DNA of 64,000 bases from Takakia lepidozioides (Eukaryota; Plantae; Bryophyta), in assembly GCA_030704615.1 (NCBI GenBank), contig CM060732.1, positions 37,820,001-37,884,000 of the forward strand, in the 5' to 3' direction. Position 1 is the stretch's first letter. Each line of letters begins with the position of its first letter. The notes below the pieces were generated by a model, which saw only the letters and a program-made list of their open reading frames with translations, had not been told where the DNA came from and did not search any database. The position numbers and the translations under genes were made by a program. This document shows, piece after piece, positions 25,515 to 39,700 of the stretch.

Positions 25515-26272
25515 ATGGAAGTCGAAGTGAAGCTGAGGCTGCCTGATGCAGCTGCACATGAAAAGGTTGCGTTGTTACTGGCCCCAACACATGAGGTCAC
25601 ATACCAGCAGGAGAACATCTTCTTCGATGGCTGCACCCAAGAACTGAGCTCACAAAGGTCAGTGCTCCGACTGCGATTCTACAATGGCGACGTGCGCTGT
25701 GTGGTCACGCTCAAGGGAAAAGCTGTCGTTGTGGATGGCATCAGTCGGGCAGAAGAGGTGAGACTCGCTTGGAACTCGTGCATTCTGATCTCTTACAAGC
25801 AAACATGCGGAGGTACTGGAAAGAAAAGTCCAAATTACTGTCTCTTGTGGAGTTGTGGAGATGGGTTGTGTAAATCGGTATAACTTTTGTCAACTTCTGG
25901 CAGGTGGAGGAGGACATCGACTCAGCCCTGGGAAGAGCATGTGTGGCAGACCCATCTCGACTGGCTGGAATATGTTGCAAGTTGATCCAACATGTGGTGT
26001 CTCAGTACAATTGCCGAGACTTTGTGTGCCTCGGAGGTTTCAGAAACGTCCGTAATGTGTATAGCTGGGAGGGGCTTAAACTGGAGCTGGATGAGACCCA
26101 GTATGCTTTTGGAACCACTTACGAGATTGAGTGCGAGACCATGGAGCCAGAAAAGTTTCGGCAGCTGTTGGGTGAAATTTTGAACGCAAGTGGGATTCCA
26201 TACTCCTATTCTACAATCACCAAGTTCGGTATATTTAGATCTGGGAAAATACCCACCTTGACTGGAGCTTGA
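25515..26272 (+). CDS. TTM3: CYTH-domain triphosphate tunnel metalloenzyme 3
   Basis: MEVEVKLRL (ExExK motif), QENIFFDG, LRLRFY, LELDETQY and YEIECE. Exons 25515-25757 and 25904-26272. Confidence 0.93.
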
Positions 26273-27399
26273 GGGGGTCTAGAGGAGGTCTGTGTGTGTC
26301 TGTGTGAGGAAAGGGCCAGTTGTGATCTAGCGAAGGACATTCCTGCAAAAACACAAATTAAACAAGACTTGAAAGCTACTCAAATGCGTTACTCGATCTC
26401 GAGCGACTTCTGTTTCTTCAAGCTGCTGAATACAGCAAGCTTTTGATAATCCTATTTGATGTCAAATGGATATTGCTTAACAACAACATCATCGTTCAAG
26501 TTTTCAGCTTTCAGTTTCTCCAGTTTCCAGCTGACCGGGTCCGTTCTGTCAAGGACGTGGTGAGCGAAAGTTCGCGGGGTCCTGTCAGTCCCCGTACCAG
26601 AATGATGAGTGGACAATGAATGCCATCTAATTTGATGGTCATATATCCAATGTAAGCAGAAGGGTACTAGTATTCGCTTCGAGGCAAGGTTTGCCTAAGG
26701 AGGTATCCTACAACGGCGTGGAAGGTCAGATGCTCCTGTGATTGCACGAAGCCGAGGAATGATAGCAATTTCAGAAAACATTCAACTTCTATGAAGGCTT
26801 GAGACGTGTCTATATGCGTGGCGTCAGTTCAGGAAACCTCACCCCTGCTTAGCAACTGGTCGGTGGAATCGAATGTGACAATGTAGAGATACCGATCGTC
26901 CTCCGATAATTTGAGCCTCACGGAGGTCGAGCGCTGGACCATAACCGAGGTTGGAGGCATTTTGCCAACGTGGCAGCGTTTAGGCCTGTCACCCCCCCTA
27001 GCCCACCACCACCTCGGTTATGTCCGGTAGCCGGCCGGGTGTAGCCGGACAGTCGAGGACACCAGGGAATCCCTCAACACTGCCGCGTCTCGGCACCAGC
27101 ACCTGGTCTAGAGCCACATGCTTTCCCAGACTGATCAAACTTTCAAGAACTTAGCTCACACACTTCCGACTTGAGACTTGCTACGTTCTTTCTACTCTTT
27201 TTCAGTCCCTTTCCACAATTGGCTTTCAGCCAAGCCACTTTCTTATTCCAACTTGCACATTTACAGATTTGCACATTTACAGATTTTCAGATCCTTTCAT
27301 TTCAGATCGCCGATCCTATTTGGCCTCCGTTTAGAATCTACTCTCTCAACTTTTGTATCCCGCCTCCCCAAGGGAGCGTAACTTTGGTGTCAGCAGGAA

Positions 27400-27485
27400 A
27401 GTGGACACCTTCATGACACACCAGACGATGGTTTGAACCCACAACAGCATCCAACGTGGTTGTGCCCATTACCACTGGGCTACAT
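27400..27485 (-). mobile_element. tRNA-derived SINE head
   Basis: A box TAGCCCAGTGG and B box GGTTCAAACC without a cloverleaf. Related relics near 36490-36535 and 8880-8910. Confidence 0.5.
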
Positions 27486-27849
27486 GCTGGTTGTTTGTAC
27501 ATGAACTGATCTTCTATCATGCTCTATGAAGAGTACTAGAATTCACATTCCAGTCCGCCCAACCACCACACCGTGCATCGTTCAATTCAACCATCATCGG
27601 GCAATGCAGGTATGATCATCATCTCCTTCTTCAAAGCCCACTAGCTCTCCCTGCTCTGCCGTGCTTTTTCTTCTTCCTGCAGCTGCCATTTTTCCACGTT
27701 GAAGTATGGCCTCTTCAATCATTTAGTGTAAGTTGCTAGCCACCTCACATATCATCCCATTATTCCTTCTCTCCGTTCCGAGCACATTCACTATACATAG
27801 TTCATAAGAACACGTCACTATGCATAAGGTACGTAAGAAGACTGCTCCA

Positions 27850-28406
27850 TGGCCCAATGCCATCTGAAGCTTCTACTTCCTGACTCGGTACATGAGCTGT
27901 CGTTGATGAACTTGCCGACCAGCTGCTCGAGTCTGGCAACAAGGTGGGGTGGTTGCATTGTCGTTTTCGGGTTGGCCGCGACCTGCCCCTGCCTGTTACA
28001 AACCTCTCTGATAAGCGCACGACAGTCGACACTGACGACCGGGTTGAGATTATCGAGGCAGAATGCGAGATCGGCCAGTTGCTTGGATAATTGCCCTTGT
28101 ACCTCTTGCAAGCAGGCCTCCAGCTCTGCCACAGGAGACTTTAAGATGTGTCCAGCCTGCTCACCCTGATCGGCAATATCGGCAGCTGCCAGCAACAGAA
28201 CCATTGTCGTTGCTGGATGACTTATCCACTAGCCCTTGTAACACCGCCTCTGCATTCCTCACTCTACTCGGGAGCTTTCTTATTGCATCTGATGCGGCTT
28301 GCTTGATTCCCTCCGCATTCAGTATCTGCTTCACCAATCGCAACAAGGCATCTAACAGGGAGACCACAGCTGATGCAGCACGTAGGCCAGTTAGTGGATC
28401 CACCAA
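27850..28406 (-). pseudogene. Frameshifted helical N-terminal domain resembling those of STAND/NLR or MLKL-like proteins
   Basis: DPLTGLRAASAVVSLLDALLRLVKQI...AIRKLPSRVRNAEAVLQGL has an amphipathic four-helix-bundle pattern and continues in another frame. No NB-ARC domain seen. Confidence 0.35.
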
Positions 28407-29973
28407 CTCTCCCCCACGGATCCTCCTTCAGTCTCTAATAAGTGCCCCCCCTGTTGTGGGTACTCTTTTACCAGGCGGACCGGGGTGTCTACTTCCGCAA
28501 TTCCAAGCAACTGAGTTGAGTACTTTGTCAACGATGTATAATCGCGGGTGGCGGCTTAAACGTCCACGCAAGCAGGAGGGGTGGGCCTCGTATAGGAAGC
28601 TGAAGGAACCATCTGTAGGAACCAGTAACATCTATGGAAGTCCGGGGTACCGCTCACACATACTGGGGTGGGTACGTTGTGTGAGCTGGAATCAGTATGT
28701 AGCGGCGATGGCCGTCTTCTCCTTCATACTGCACTTAACTCACTCATCCGGCCAAGCAGCACTCTCATGATCTGGAGACTGGGTCCACTACGCTGGCAGG
28801 CAGCTTGCATCACCCGCGGCTACTACTCGAATTCTTGTTGAACTTGGCTGACATTGAGCTTGTCATTTTTTTCCAGGTGCGTTTTCCTCTTCATGCTGGA
28901 ATTCCTCTTAAGAAACTCCATGTGAAAAGTTGTGTCTGTCATAAAACCATATGGAAAAATAAAATACTTTCGAACTGATCGAATGTGGATTGTACTAGTG
29001 GATTTTAGCAATGTGCTCTCAATTTTGAAAGACATTTCCAGTTTCAAAAGAAAAGTTATTGATGCATGAGGAGTGTATGGCTGCAACTGGTTGCACCTTG
29101 GCTTGCTTTCAAACTTAGAACTGATGCCTGATTGCAAAGTTGTTCCTGACAAAGTATGTGTGTTGGTGTACATTAGGGCTACAGAGTGCAAAGATATCGG
29201 CCACTGTCAAAACAGCTTCCTGTCACTGATCGCGGTGTCATAGCCCTGCCAGAATGTTGCCCTGCACTTCGTGGTTTAAGCCTTGGAGGTTGCATCAAAA
29301 GTTATGATCTGGTTTGTTAGGTGTGTTAGGGCTTCCGCCTCCTCAATCTTGGTGTTTCAAATGTTTCCAGTTGCTCATTCTTTGTGTGGTGGCCCAAAGT
29401 CCAGGTCCAGGGGACAAGCCTTGGAGTGCGTGCCATCCCAAGAAGCGTCAATTCAGACAGGAATTGCTGACATATAGAAATTGGTACCTTTTCTCAGTGT
29501 AAGGGACAATGTGTGTGGCCTTCACTAGAATGGGTTTATCATTGTCCACCTTGGAGCTCTAACAATTATTAGAAAATTCAACACCATCACAGGCTGAGGG
29601 ACGCCCTCATCGCACAGGCTCCACACACAATCCTTCAGGTAGCTCTCTATCCACTTCCAAAAATAGCACACCACTCGGTAACAATTGTCAATGAGCCCAT
29701 TCATCTACCGACGTTCTGAGCCATTTCCATGTCTTTATGGGGGAACTGTGCTGTGACACTAGCTTTGATCACGACTTGGTTATACCGTATTATTGATTTT
29801 CAGTTTGTGGAAGAACTATCACGTGGCTTTAGAAGTGAATTTCCCTGCCGCCAGTGTGAAATACTCAAGCAGAGGTAAATGCTGTATAGCTTCTTGCTCT
29901 GTTTCTTCTCATTGCAATGGTTGGAGAGATCAATAATGCTAGACGAGGAGTATTGCTGCAGAACCATAATGTC

Positions 29974-31246
29974 ATACAAAACCAGGCAATACAAGGCTGG
30001 ACAGGGGACGCTCTAGTTATGACATCGTCAACTAAACTCCTTGGTTACCAATTATTTCAAGTACACGTAGTGTTGTTTTCTTTTGACAATAACTCGTCGT
30101 TTGTTTTGTATATGTCATTATTCCTACAGTTTCAGGGACATCTTGTTTGCAGGATTGGAGATTGGAGATTGCCTGCTCCTCTAACAAATTGAGCATCAGG
30201 GGCCGCACAGGTAGCTACTTGCTGCCGGGAAAACCTGGAGTTGCATCTACAAATTCAATCAGTCGAGGCTGCACACTCACTTAACCTGGCACACACTTCC
30301 ACTTTGAATAAATGTTGATACATTGAGTTCGCATGACAGTCAACAGACAGCCCGGTAATTGGTCATTTACAATATGAGTATTCAGTCTCTTTCTTTGCAA
30401 CTATGAGAACTTCAACAACTATTGCTCTGTATCCCCTCTGTCTGTGTGGAGATGTAGCAAGTTGGTTCTCTTTCTTTCGTCATAACAAACAAACGCATTC
30501 ACACTTCAAGCTGCCTGCTAAAGAGTTTCACATCCAAGATTAAATCAAATATAGGTGCATCTGTCGCACTGTGCATATGATGATGCAAAGTTTGGCCAGC
30601 ATCAATGCCGAGTTCTTGGGTCACAGTTAGCATATTGAGGTCATGCAAACGACCTTTGAAGTGAATCTCCCAGCTGCCTTCAGAGTATGAACGGTTGAGT
30701 AGTTTACAAGCCTTCAATCCAACCTGCTCGAGCAAGATACGACATCTGCGTTGTAAATCCACATTCATAATGTAACTCGGCACATCATTGAGGCTGTCCA
30801 ATCCAGCTTTCTAAACGCTTCCGAAATCTGCGTGTTTAAGCGGCGCATTCTCGTCTCAGATTCATCCTTCAACGCAGACAAGAGGCTCTCCTCCTCCTTT
30901 CCCCTGCAAGAATCCATACAATGCAACTTACAAAAATAAGAAGGATTAGCGACGCCATACCTTCTCTTTGATCGTAAGGTTCTCAAAAGATGTCTTTGCC
31001 CCAAGCTTAGCCGAAACTCTCCAGCCCCTGCACTTTCCTCCCTTTGAAGAATATGGAAGCTGCTTATTATGTGCTGAGGTTTGAGTGCACTTTGACCTAA
31101 TGATCTCTCTCTTTTGCTGCTCTCTTCTTTTTTAGGTCGCACGTAGACAAAATACGTGAGTCTGCGCGAGGAAGGAGAACAGTGGCCCTCATCCAACTAT
31201 CATCCGTCAATTCTTCATCCGAAGAGAGGCTTTGGCCCATACAGAG
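29974..31246. repeat. Inverted duplication, copy B; degenerate unknown coding-like sequence on the - strand
   Basis: Reverse complement of 14851-15887 plus an extra ~260 bp. Confidence 0.9.
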
Positions 31247-32360
31247 CCGAACCTCCTCAAAGAAACTCATCCGTCGCTCTATCATGAGATAAACAATAAC
31301 TGCCTCTAGAAGATTGACGGCCCACCGACTATGGCCGGTGGCATCCTCTTGCTTGCCCGGCAAGCCACTGGCGGTGCCGGCCAGACGACCGGATGCAGCC
31401 GGGCATCCTCCGCTTTGCGTGCCGAGCAAGTTTGGGTTCAAATCCTGCACCGTCGCACTGGAAACTTCTTTCTCCCAGTGGACTTTTCAGAACGCCCACA
31501 TTCATCCCTCGGTCGCTCATCCATCCACCGCAGAAAGCTTAGCCGACATATCTACTCTAGAATCTTCCCTCTTCCACCTGTAGTTCCATCCGGCTGTCTG
31601 TCGAGATAGTTCTGACGGCACCGATCTGGAAAATCCAACAGCTGAGATCTTACGATGGCGGGGCAGGCGGTTACGCACTCAATAATTCTATATTTTAATA
31701 CAGGAAATAATTGTCTCATCATCCTGGAATGGAACTGCCGGGAATGTTCATCCTGCGGACGTTCATCCTCCAGAACAGGAAAAAGAAATATCTGAAGGAC
31801 GGAGAGCGAAGAAAAAGGGACGAGCGACCGGAGGTCGGTGGCGATAGGATCAAGGGGCGCAAGAACGGAGGAAAGGACAAGGGACGCGGCAGCGTGATGG
31901 GCACGCATTCCCACGGTCGCACAAGAGGCTTGGAAAAGGCCCGCCTATAAGAGGGCCTGCGAGGGAGAGTGAAGGTATTCTCTCTCGTTTCTTTGCAGCG
32001 TGCGGCTCACAGGAACGCACGCATCGCGCTCGTCTCTCTTGCAATTCTTGCGATCTTTGCACAGAGTGTGTTCTGCAATTGGGAGGCTAGCGTCCTCTCT
32101 TATTTGTGGCCCTTTGTTGCCCGTTTTCTTTCGCGATTAGAGTTATTTTCGGCTAGATTTCTAGATCCGTTCCATACGCGGCTCACTGGGACGCGGTGGT
32201 TGATTGCTTAGTCTTTTGTGTTGTTTCTCTCTTCGCTTGTGATTAGATCTCGTTTGTATCTAAGATTTGTCTTCTTTCTTTGCCTCAATTCTTTTGATCG
32301 GTATATCTCCCTTGCTCTCTCTCCTCGGCGTGCGTATCTGTTGGAGTAGCTCTCATCACC

Positions 32361-35300
32361 ATGGGGACATTTATTCTTAAGGTTCTTCTCTTTGCCCCGT
32401 TCGTGGCCGTAATTAGAGGCTTTGATGTGATTTGAAGCACATGCTGGTGTCGTCTCATTTTCTGGTGTTGATTTGTGTCAAATTAGAACGTCTTACGGAA
32501 GATCCGTCTGTTGTAGCGGTGGACTAGTGTTTTGTTGAGTTTGGATCTCTTGTGAATATTCCATGAAAAGTCTGTGCTCTCCTCTGCAAGAGGTTGCATA
32601 CGCCGATTGTGCTTGGTCCTAATACAATGTGGAACAGTGTATTTGAACAGCGGCCAATGCCACACAATTTTAGCGTTTTCTCTTGAAGGCTGTACAGTAA
32701 TCAGTTCGATCTCTTCTCTAGATCATCCATACATCTATTTGCTGGTTGGCGTTTTAACTCTGTCCATGGCTTCTAATCGGGTTTGTGAATTGTGGCTGTT
32801 TGCTTGTTCAGATAAAGTATGCTGACACTCTACGTCGGGTCACACTCCCAGCACGTTCGATGTCCAATGGCCCGGACATGTCTTATGTTGAAGTGGAAAA
32901 CGTCATTCGGGAACTGTTCAAGATCCCGTCCACATCACAGCTGGTGGTGAGCTACACAGATAGGGATAATGATGTGGTCACAATGGCAGGGGATCAGGAT
33001 TTGGTGGACGCTTGTGTTATTCAAGGCCTAAATCCGCTGCGACTGACAGTCACGTTGGGTGTGTCTAGTCCTTCCCCTACCCCTGGCGTTTCTGCTAGAG
33101 CCAGTGCCAGTCCTGGTGTTGGCCTTCCACAGGCTATACAGGAGTTAAGGAAGCAGATTGTCGATTCGACCATGAATTTCTCTTCAGATGCAGCGAAGCA
33201 GACTGCTGACAATTTCAAGCAGATCTTACAAGCCTCTGAACTACTATTAAAGGGGGCACCATCTGCGGCGGTTTTGGAAGTCATTGATTCTCTCCATAAA
33301 GCGTTTTCTGCTCAAGCCACAAGTGACTCCTCAGCAGCCGCGTTCTCGGCTTTCTCCCCTTTCGCGCGAGCTCATCGGTTTTCCCAAGGACCTCTTGGTA
33401 TGCGTTCAAGCTCCCCGCCTCCTCCAACCGAGGCACCTCAGGCTGGTGACACCACGAAGTTTGCAGCCAAGATGCAGCAGGATGACGCAGAGAATGGCAA
33501 TCGTGTTTTTCACAAGGGTGTTCAGTGTGATAGCTGTGGAATGTGTCCAATAGTTGGACCTCGCTTCAAGTCAATGAAGTATGTTTCTCTGATGTCTGAT
33601 TGGACCTTTTAATTATTAGGGAACCTGTATTGTGGACAAGCTCGCCTGGAAATGTTTGCGGTATGTTTATTCCCCCCTTCGGACGTTGAATTGTATGTAC
33701 CGTGATGAGTACAGAGATTGCCTCCCATGTCGGGATCGTTGGGAAATTAATGCATGGTGGAATTGGAGGGTTGAATCATCTGCATCTATCTGCACTCATG
33801 AATTGCAATTATCTGTGCAGGAAACATGACTATGACTTATGCCTCTCTTGCTTTGGTGAGCTTGGCAATGACACTGACTACAACAGGATTGATCGACCTT
33901 TGTTCCGTCCTCGTCATCTCCACCCATCGGAGTGTGGTAGTCGAATGGTACAGTCTTAAGATCGTTTGTAGCTTGGTAGTGATAAAGGAACCTTGTACTG
34001 TGCAAGTAATCAATGAACATTTGGATAATGATTTCTGAAGTTGTCCACTGTTTGACATTAAATTGAAGTCGGTAGTGAGGAAGGAACATTTTTCTATGCA
34101 GGTAAGTAATGAATGTTGTGGTGGAATATTCTTGTGTGAAAGGTCTTGAGTTTTGACAGCAAGCTCAATTGTTTCTCCTGTTTGCTTGGGCACAGTTTCA
34201 TTCAATGTGGTGTGTCTCAGCAGATGCGCTGCCCAGCCAATCCTTCCTATTATGGGGGGAGGCCGTCTTTTTCCTTCAGAGGTCCACATGGTGCGCATGG
34301 TCCACATGGTCCCTATGGTGGTAGGCCAGATTTCCGCTTTGGAGGTCCCGTTTCTGGGTCTGGTGGTAAGCTGGACGCACGATTTGTACAAGATGTGACA
34401 ATTTTTGATGGAACTGAACTTGCACCTGGGACGCATTTTACCAAGATTTGGCGTTTGCGGAATAGTGGCACCCTTCCATGGCCTAAGCATACTCAACTGG
34501 TGCATGTTGGTGGTGATGAACTGGGTTCTGTGTATGCAGCAACGTTGGAGGTGAGATCATCTAAGCATCTTAGCCCTCACAACTGCAGTAGACTAGATCT
34601 TTGATGTATACAATTTATGGAAACATTTCATTTGTGATTTGTGAGTTGTGAAGGATTACTTCTTTTACACATGTCTTGTGGTGCTGCAGTTGCCAGAACA
34701 AGGCCTTGCTCCGGAGGCTGAGACAGAAGCTTCAGTTGATCTTGTGGCTCCTGACAAACCTGGTCGCTATGTCTCTCATTGGCGTCTGGTAGCACCTGCT
34801 GGTCCTAAGTTTGGTCATCGGGTTTGGGTTTTGATTCAGGTATGTCCAAACTGATTGGTGTTGTCCAAGTTTTAGCATTGTTGATGTTAGAAATGGCATT
34901 CCTTTGTCATAAAATGATTGCATTCATGTTTTGAAGATTGACGGGCAAGATGTTTGCAGGTTGTTCCAAAGGATGAACAATCTCCACAAATGATGGAGTC
35001 ATTGGTGGCATCCGAAGAACTCGCAGCAGAGAATGTGACGGACGTTGAAGTTATTGCTCCAGAGACTGTCGCAATTGAGGTGCTGCCTGAAAAAGCAAAG
35101 CAGCCTGAGACTGTTCCACTGACAGATGCACCCTTGGTTGAAGTAGATGAAGCTGGGGCAAACATGGTGGAGTTAGTTGAAGCTGCAGCAAAAGTTCAGG
35201 ATGAGAGCGAAGGTGTAGAAACTAGTGAGCTTGGAGGATTTTCGATGGTTGAAATGCCGTCTGCAGACACTATGAATGCACTGTCTGCATCACAGTCTCC

Positions 35301-35835
35301 CACACAGTTCTTTGAAGTTGATGAGCTTGTGAGTGTTCAGAAAGCTACAGAAGTTGAGGAGCTTGGCACGGAAGAGGCAGCTTTGGATAAATTGGAAGTG
35401 ATGGGCTTCAGGGAGAAGTCTTTGAACCTGGAATTGCTGCAGAAGAATGACTATGACTTGGAGCAGACACTTCGTGATCTCATTGCAGCAGCAGAGTGGG
35501 ATCCGATTCTGGAGGAACTGGAGGAAATGGTAATGGTTTATGGAAATGGTAGTTTGTCCAATTGTAGACCATAGTAGTTGATGCATGAAGTGGCAGGTTA
35601 GTTATTGCAGCGGACTCTGGATTTATTTATCTGACAGCTTCTCTGACTTGGCTTAAGTTCTTTCTACGAGTTTGTCGGACTGACTGGGTAATGGTTTCTC
35701 TCTATGCAGGGTTTTTATGATAAAGAAATGAACCGGCGTCTGATGTTCAAGAATAAGGGAAGTGTCACGCGGGTTGTGAAAGAGCTTGTGCAAATGTACA
35801 AGGACCCTGCTGAAAAGGGCAAGAAGCAAGTTTAA
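32361..35835 (+). CDS. NBR1: Selective autophagy receptor NBR1 (PB1-ZZ-FW-UBA-UBA)
   Basis: Exons 32361-32381, 32812-33578, 33821-33947, 34221/34224-34550, 34690-34839, 34960-35529 and 35710-35835. PB1 YTDRDNDVV, ZZ HKGVQCDSCGMCPIVGPRFKS, FW FTKIWRLRNSG, AIM motif WDPI. Confidence 0.96.
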
Positions 35836-36703
35836 TCTCCCTTTGTTGAACTTTGTTTGGTTTTGTGACCTGATCAGCTTCACCAGTATGGGTGTGGGTG
35901 GCTGTTACTCAGAATGCTATGCTCCTTGATTATGAGGTTTGGTTTTTCTTGTTTTTTTGTGAGTCATTTACAGCTCCTGGAACTAGAACCCTACAGATAG
36001 CTGTACTCTTTTGACATCTTTCAGGTAGTGTGACCCTTGTGTTCACACAAAATGCAACTCTGGATCAGAGCCCCTAGGGGCAGAGAGCAACTCACCGCTG
36101 AGATTCAGAGATGTGGGGTTGCATTAGGGAATAGCGAGGATCTTTAGCTCAGTCCTCAAGCAAATGTCTGGTAATGAACTTTTGTGCAAGTGTGAACAGC
36201 CTGTAAACTCTCGAGTTGCTGTGGATAAATAAAGTATATTTTTTTGTAGACCAAGGTGTCTTCAGATGTGTTATTGGCCTTTCCTCATTATTGAGCCACT
36301 CATTGTTCCTAAGCTGTTCTTGCCTGTTGTTCTATAATGATATTCAGTTCATTTGCTAGGTCAAAGTGGGAAACTCCACAGTGATCGCAAGTGGTCTTTG
36401 AATTTTTAGTATTGTGAAATATTTGTGAGTCGTTAGATTTCTTATCTATGGACAATCAACATGTAGCCCATAAGCCGCCTCATCAGTGGTTGTGGGTTCA
36501 AATCACATATGTTGGATGTCATAAAGGTGCCCAGTGGCAAATTGCACATTTTTTCATTTCTTTTTTCTTTTGTCGTCGGTAACCCGTAACCTCCATCATG
36601 ATCCCTTCCCTCGTTCGGGTTTCGTGACGCAAGCAAAGACTCGAGAGCCCCTGGGGGCTCTGTTTCTGCTCAAACTGTCGTAGCCCTGCACACAGCGCAT
36701 GCC

Positions 36704-39700
36704 ATGGCCGATGCTGAGAATGGTAGCCACAAGAAGAAGAAGATGAAGATGAATGCATCCCCTGCCACCGCTCCCTCTCATCAGGCTGCAGCCCTGAGTA
36801 CAGAAGATTGTGTGAACGATGCTCGGGAAGGTAGCCACAAGAAGAAGAAGAAGCACGAGGAAGGGGTTCATTTGGTTAGGGCATCGCCTGTCACTGTTCC
36901 CTTTCAAACTGTAGCCTACTGCGAAGAGAATGCGGTGAACGATTCCATGAATAGTTCGGACCAGAAGAAGAAGAAGAAGCAACGCCAGCAAGAGGTTCAT
37001 CCTACAGGCAGCGGTGCTGCCACTGATCCCCCTCAAACTTTAGTACTGAACAGTGGGGCTGATTTGAACGATGCCGTGCACAGTGCCCACAAGAAGAGGA
37101 AGCGCAAGCAGGAGCTGGATCCTGTGGTAGCTTCTGGAGCCATCTCTCCTTCTCAAACTGGAGCACGGCATACTGAGGATTCCCTGCACGATGCCAGAAA
37201 CGGAACTCGCAAGAAGGAAAAACACAGCAAGCGAGAGCTACATCCCGTGGGAGCCTCTGCTGCAACCAATTCCTGTCAAGCTGTGGTCCCCCACACAGAA
37301 GTTACCACAAAAAGTGATGAAGTTGCTTTGTCCAATTATACCGTCAGCATCGCTATTGCCGGCTCCATCATCCACAATGCCCAGTCCCTGTCACTTGCTA
37401 CGACGGTCAGTGTGTCCACATTGCTGTTTTGCACTTCAAAAATTGTTTGTTCACTGCAGATTGTCACGTAGCCTAGAACCAACGATCTAGGTGCAGGGTT
37501 GTAATTTAATGCCTTTCAGTACTTCATGTCACTAGCTCTTGGAGTGGTGTAAAAAACCAAGATTTTCCTTGCCTTCTCCTTTTTTAAAATCTTCTAGTAT
37601 ACTGTAACTTCACAACCATGAGGTTACCTGGACCAGCACTTCTTGGTAGCCTGTCAGAGTGGGCTAAACTTTCACTGACTTGTGGAGTAATAATTGACAA
37701 ATTATTTGCGTGCAGCTTGCAGGCCAAATTGCACGTGCAGCAGCAATCTTCAAAGTTGATGAGGTAGTACTGGTGACCTCCCATATGTTTTCCTGGAAAT
37801 CAGGCTTGTGTGGATTCAAAATGGGGCTAATGAACCAGGGTGGGGTGTGGTGCTGGTCACCAGATTGTAGTGTTTGATGATGGGGAAGAAGACAAGAGGG
37901 CAGCAGCCAAGGGTAGTGATGAGGTGGACGAAAGTGGAGGGGTTTTCTTAGCACGCATTTTGCAATTCATGGAGGCCCCACAGTATTTGCGCCAATCTCT
38001 GTTTCCCAAGCACAGCTGCCTCCAATTCGCTGTATACACTCCCCACCCCCTCCTTCTATTGAGCAAGGTGGATTAAGCTCCAGAACGGATTCAAGTCAGG
38101 ATCACATGCATTTTTGTAGAGTCTGTCAGGGATAACTTGTTTGAGAAGAAAGTAAAAGGGGGAGGGAGGGAGGTGATTGCAGGGGAGGCTGCCACCTTTG
38201 GACGTGCCACATCAGGCTCGCAGGCATGAATGGCTAGAGTATCGTGAAGGTGTGAATCCTGTCCATGTTTGAGTCCTTTTTTACCGCGATGTCGATTTGT
38301 GGGCTCTCTCTTGCCTTCTCTTTCCAGTCTTTGGTTCCTTTTCAGTTCTCTGTCCCTGCGGATGTAATCCTCGTGTAGGCCTGGCCTGCCTTATTTATCT
38401 GACTTCTCTGTTTCTTCCTTTCTTCTCTCTGTCTTTTCCATTTTCTAGAACAGCGGCAAGAGCACACATCAATCTGTGCAAGGTAACATCTCAGAAAGTC
38501 AAGAGCCGCCAAAGGTTGGAGCCACATCTCTCCATCTCTGTCTCTCCTGTTACTGGTCAGCTCACACAGCAAGTTGATGCTTGTGTGAAGGGCTTTCTAG
38601 AGGATATCTGGAAATCCTGAACTAATTGTCTCTATTAAGTTAAGTCATGGAGTGAACCCCTCACAAAGGGAGTATCTGTTCCCTTTTTGTTCCGCCCAAA
38701 CTGAGCGCAGGGTTTATGGCCACAAGGCTACGGCAAACAACATCTTATGAGTACAATCTGTGTTCTTGTCCCATGAGCACTTGGTTTCTCAGGGACATTA
38801 CGAACTTCTTCTCTTTCCACCTGCCAGTGATGTATATGCCATGTGGGGCAACACTCACTCTGTGCTTCAGTACTTGGCTCTTGGCCACTCCCAAGTTCAG
38901 GATTTCTTGGCCACACATAATAGATGGACAAATTATCAAGTCTCCTTTTGTAATACGTCACAGTCGGATTGTAGGGAAGAAAACCTAATTAGTGTCCCTC
39001 CAAATCACGATGATGAAAGAACTAATAAACAATAATGGATAATTATACAATTTGTGGATAAAAAACGTGCAGAAATGATTTGAACTCGCTACAATCTCAG
39101 TGGCTCAAATGGACGTTTGAGCTAAGGGGGTTTATTTTCCTTCTCTGCACCCCCCTCCTCCCCTCCCCTTCTCGTCTTCTCCTCGCCATCTTTGACTGAT
39201 CTGTTCTGTAGTGGCAGTAAACATGCGTAGCTAAGCATGTCTGCAGTAAAAATTGGTTGGATTTGACGGTCATGGACTGATATCTGGGAAGTTTCAAGGT
39301 ATTGTGTTGGACAAGGCAGCACCAACAGGTGGTGGCAGTTGTGTTGATGTTGGCCTGTATCAGGTGATTACTGTGACCCTGGAAATTCTCTGCCATTTCC
39401 TTCGTAGCACTTTCTTCTGTTCATCATCTAGGCACTTGAGGTATGTTGATTAAGCTCCCTTGATACTAACAAATTTATTTAGTCGATAAATCAGAGTGGA
39501 AATCAATAAAGGCACATGTCCGATTGTAGAATTGATCTGCAAATATATTTTGATTGATAGTGCAATAACAATTTGTGGTCTTCACGACACACATGGACAC
39601 CTCTGGCATCCAAGATTCTGATGACATGTCAAGAGTGTGGGGTACTACAGAGCGACATAACTGGGATGGGAGGGAGCAGGAGGTGGTAATTCGACAATCT

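Noticed and set aside
26540-27400. Possible LTR followed by a primer-binding site (TGGTGTCAGCAG at ~27385)
   Set aside because: No second LTR, TSD or gag/pol sequence, the end is not CA, and the site adjoins a SINE-like relic.
27400-27485. tRNA gene
   Set aside because: A and B boxes are present but there is no acceptor or anticodon stem; treated as a SINE head.
28800-29950. Possible kinase or NLR continuation of the 27.8-28.4 kb fragment
   Set aside because: No convincing P-loop or kinase motifs in the frames I translated.
31715-31950. Heat-shock elements and TATA box upstream of NBR1
   Set aside because: Only partial nGAAn/nTTCn matches; too weak to call without TSS data.
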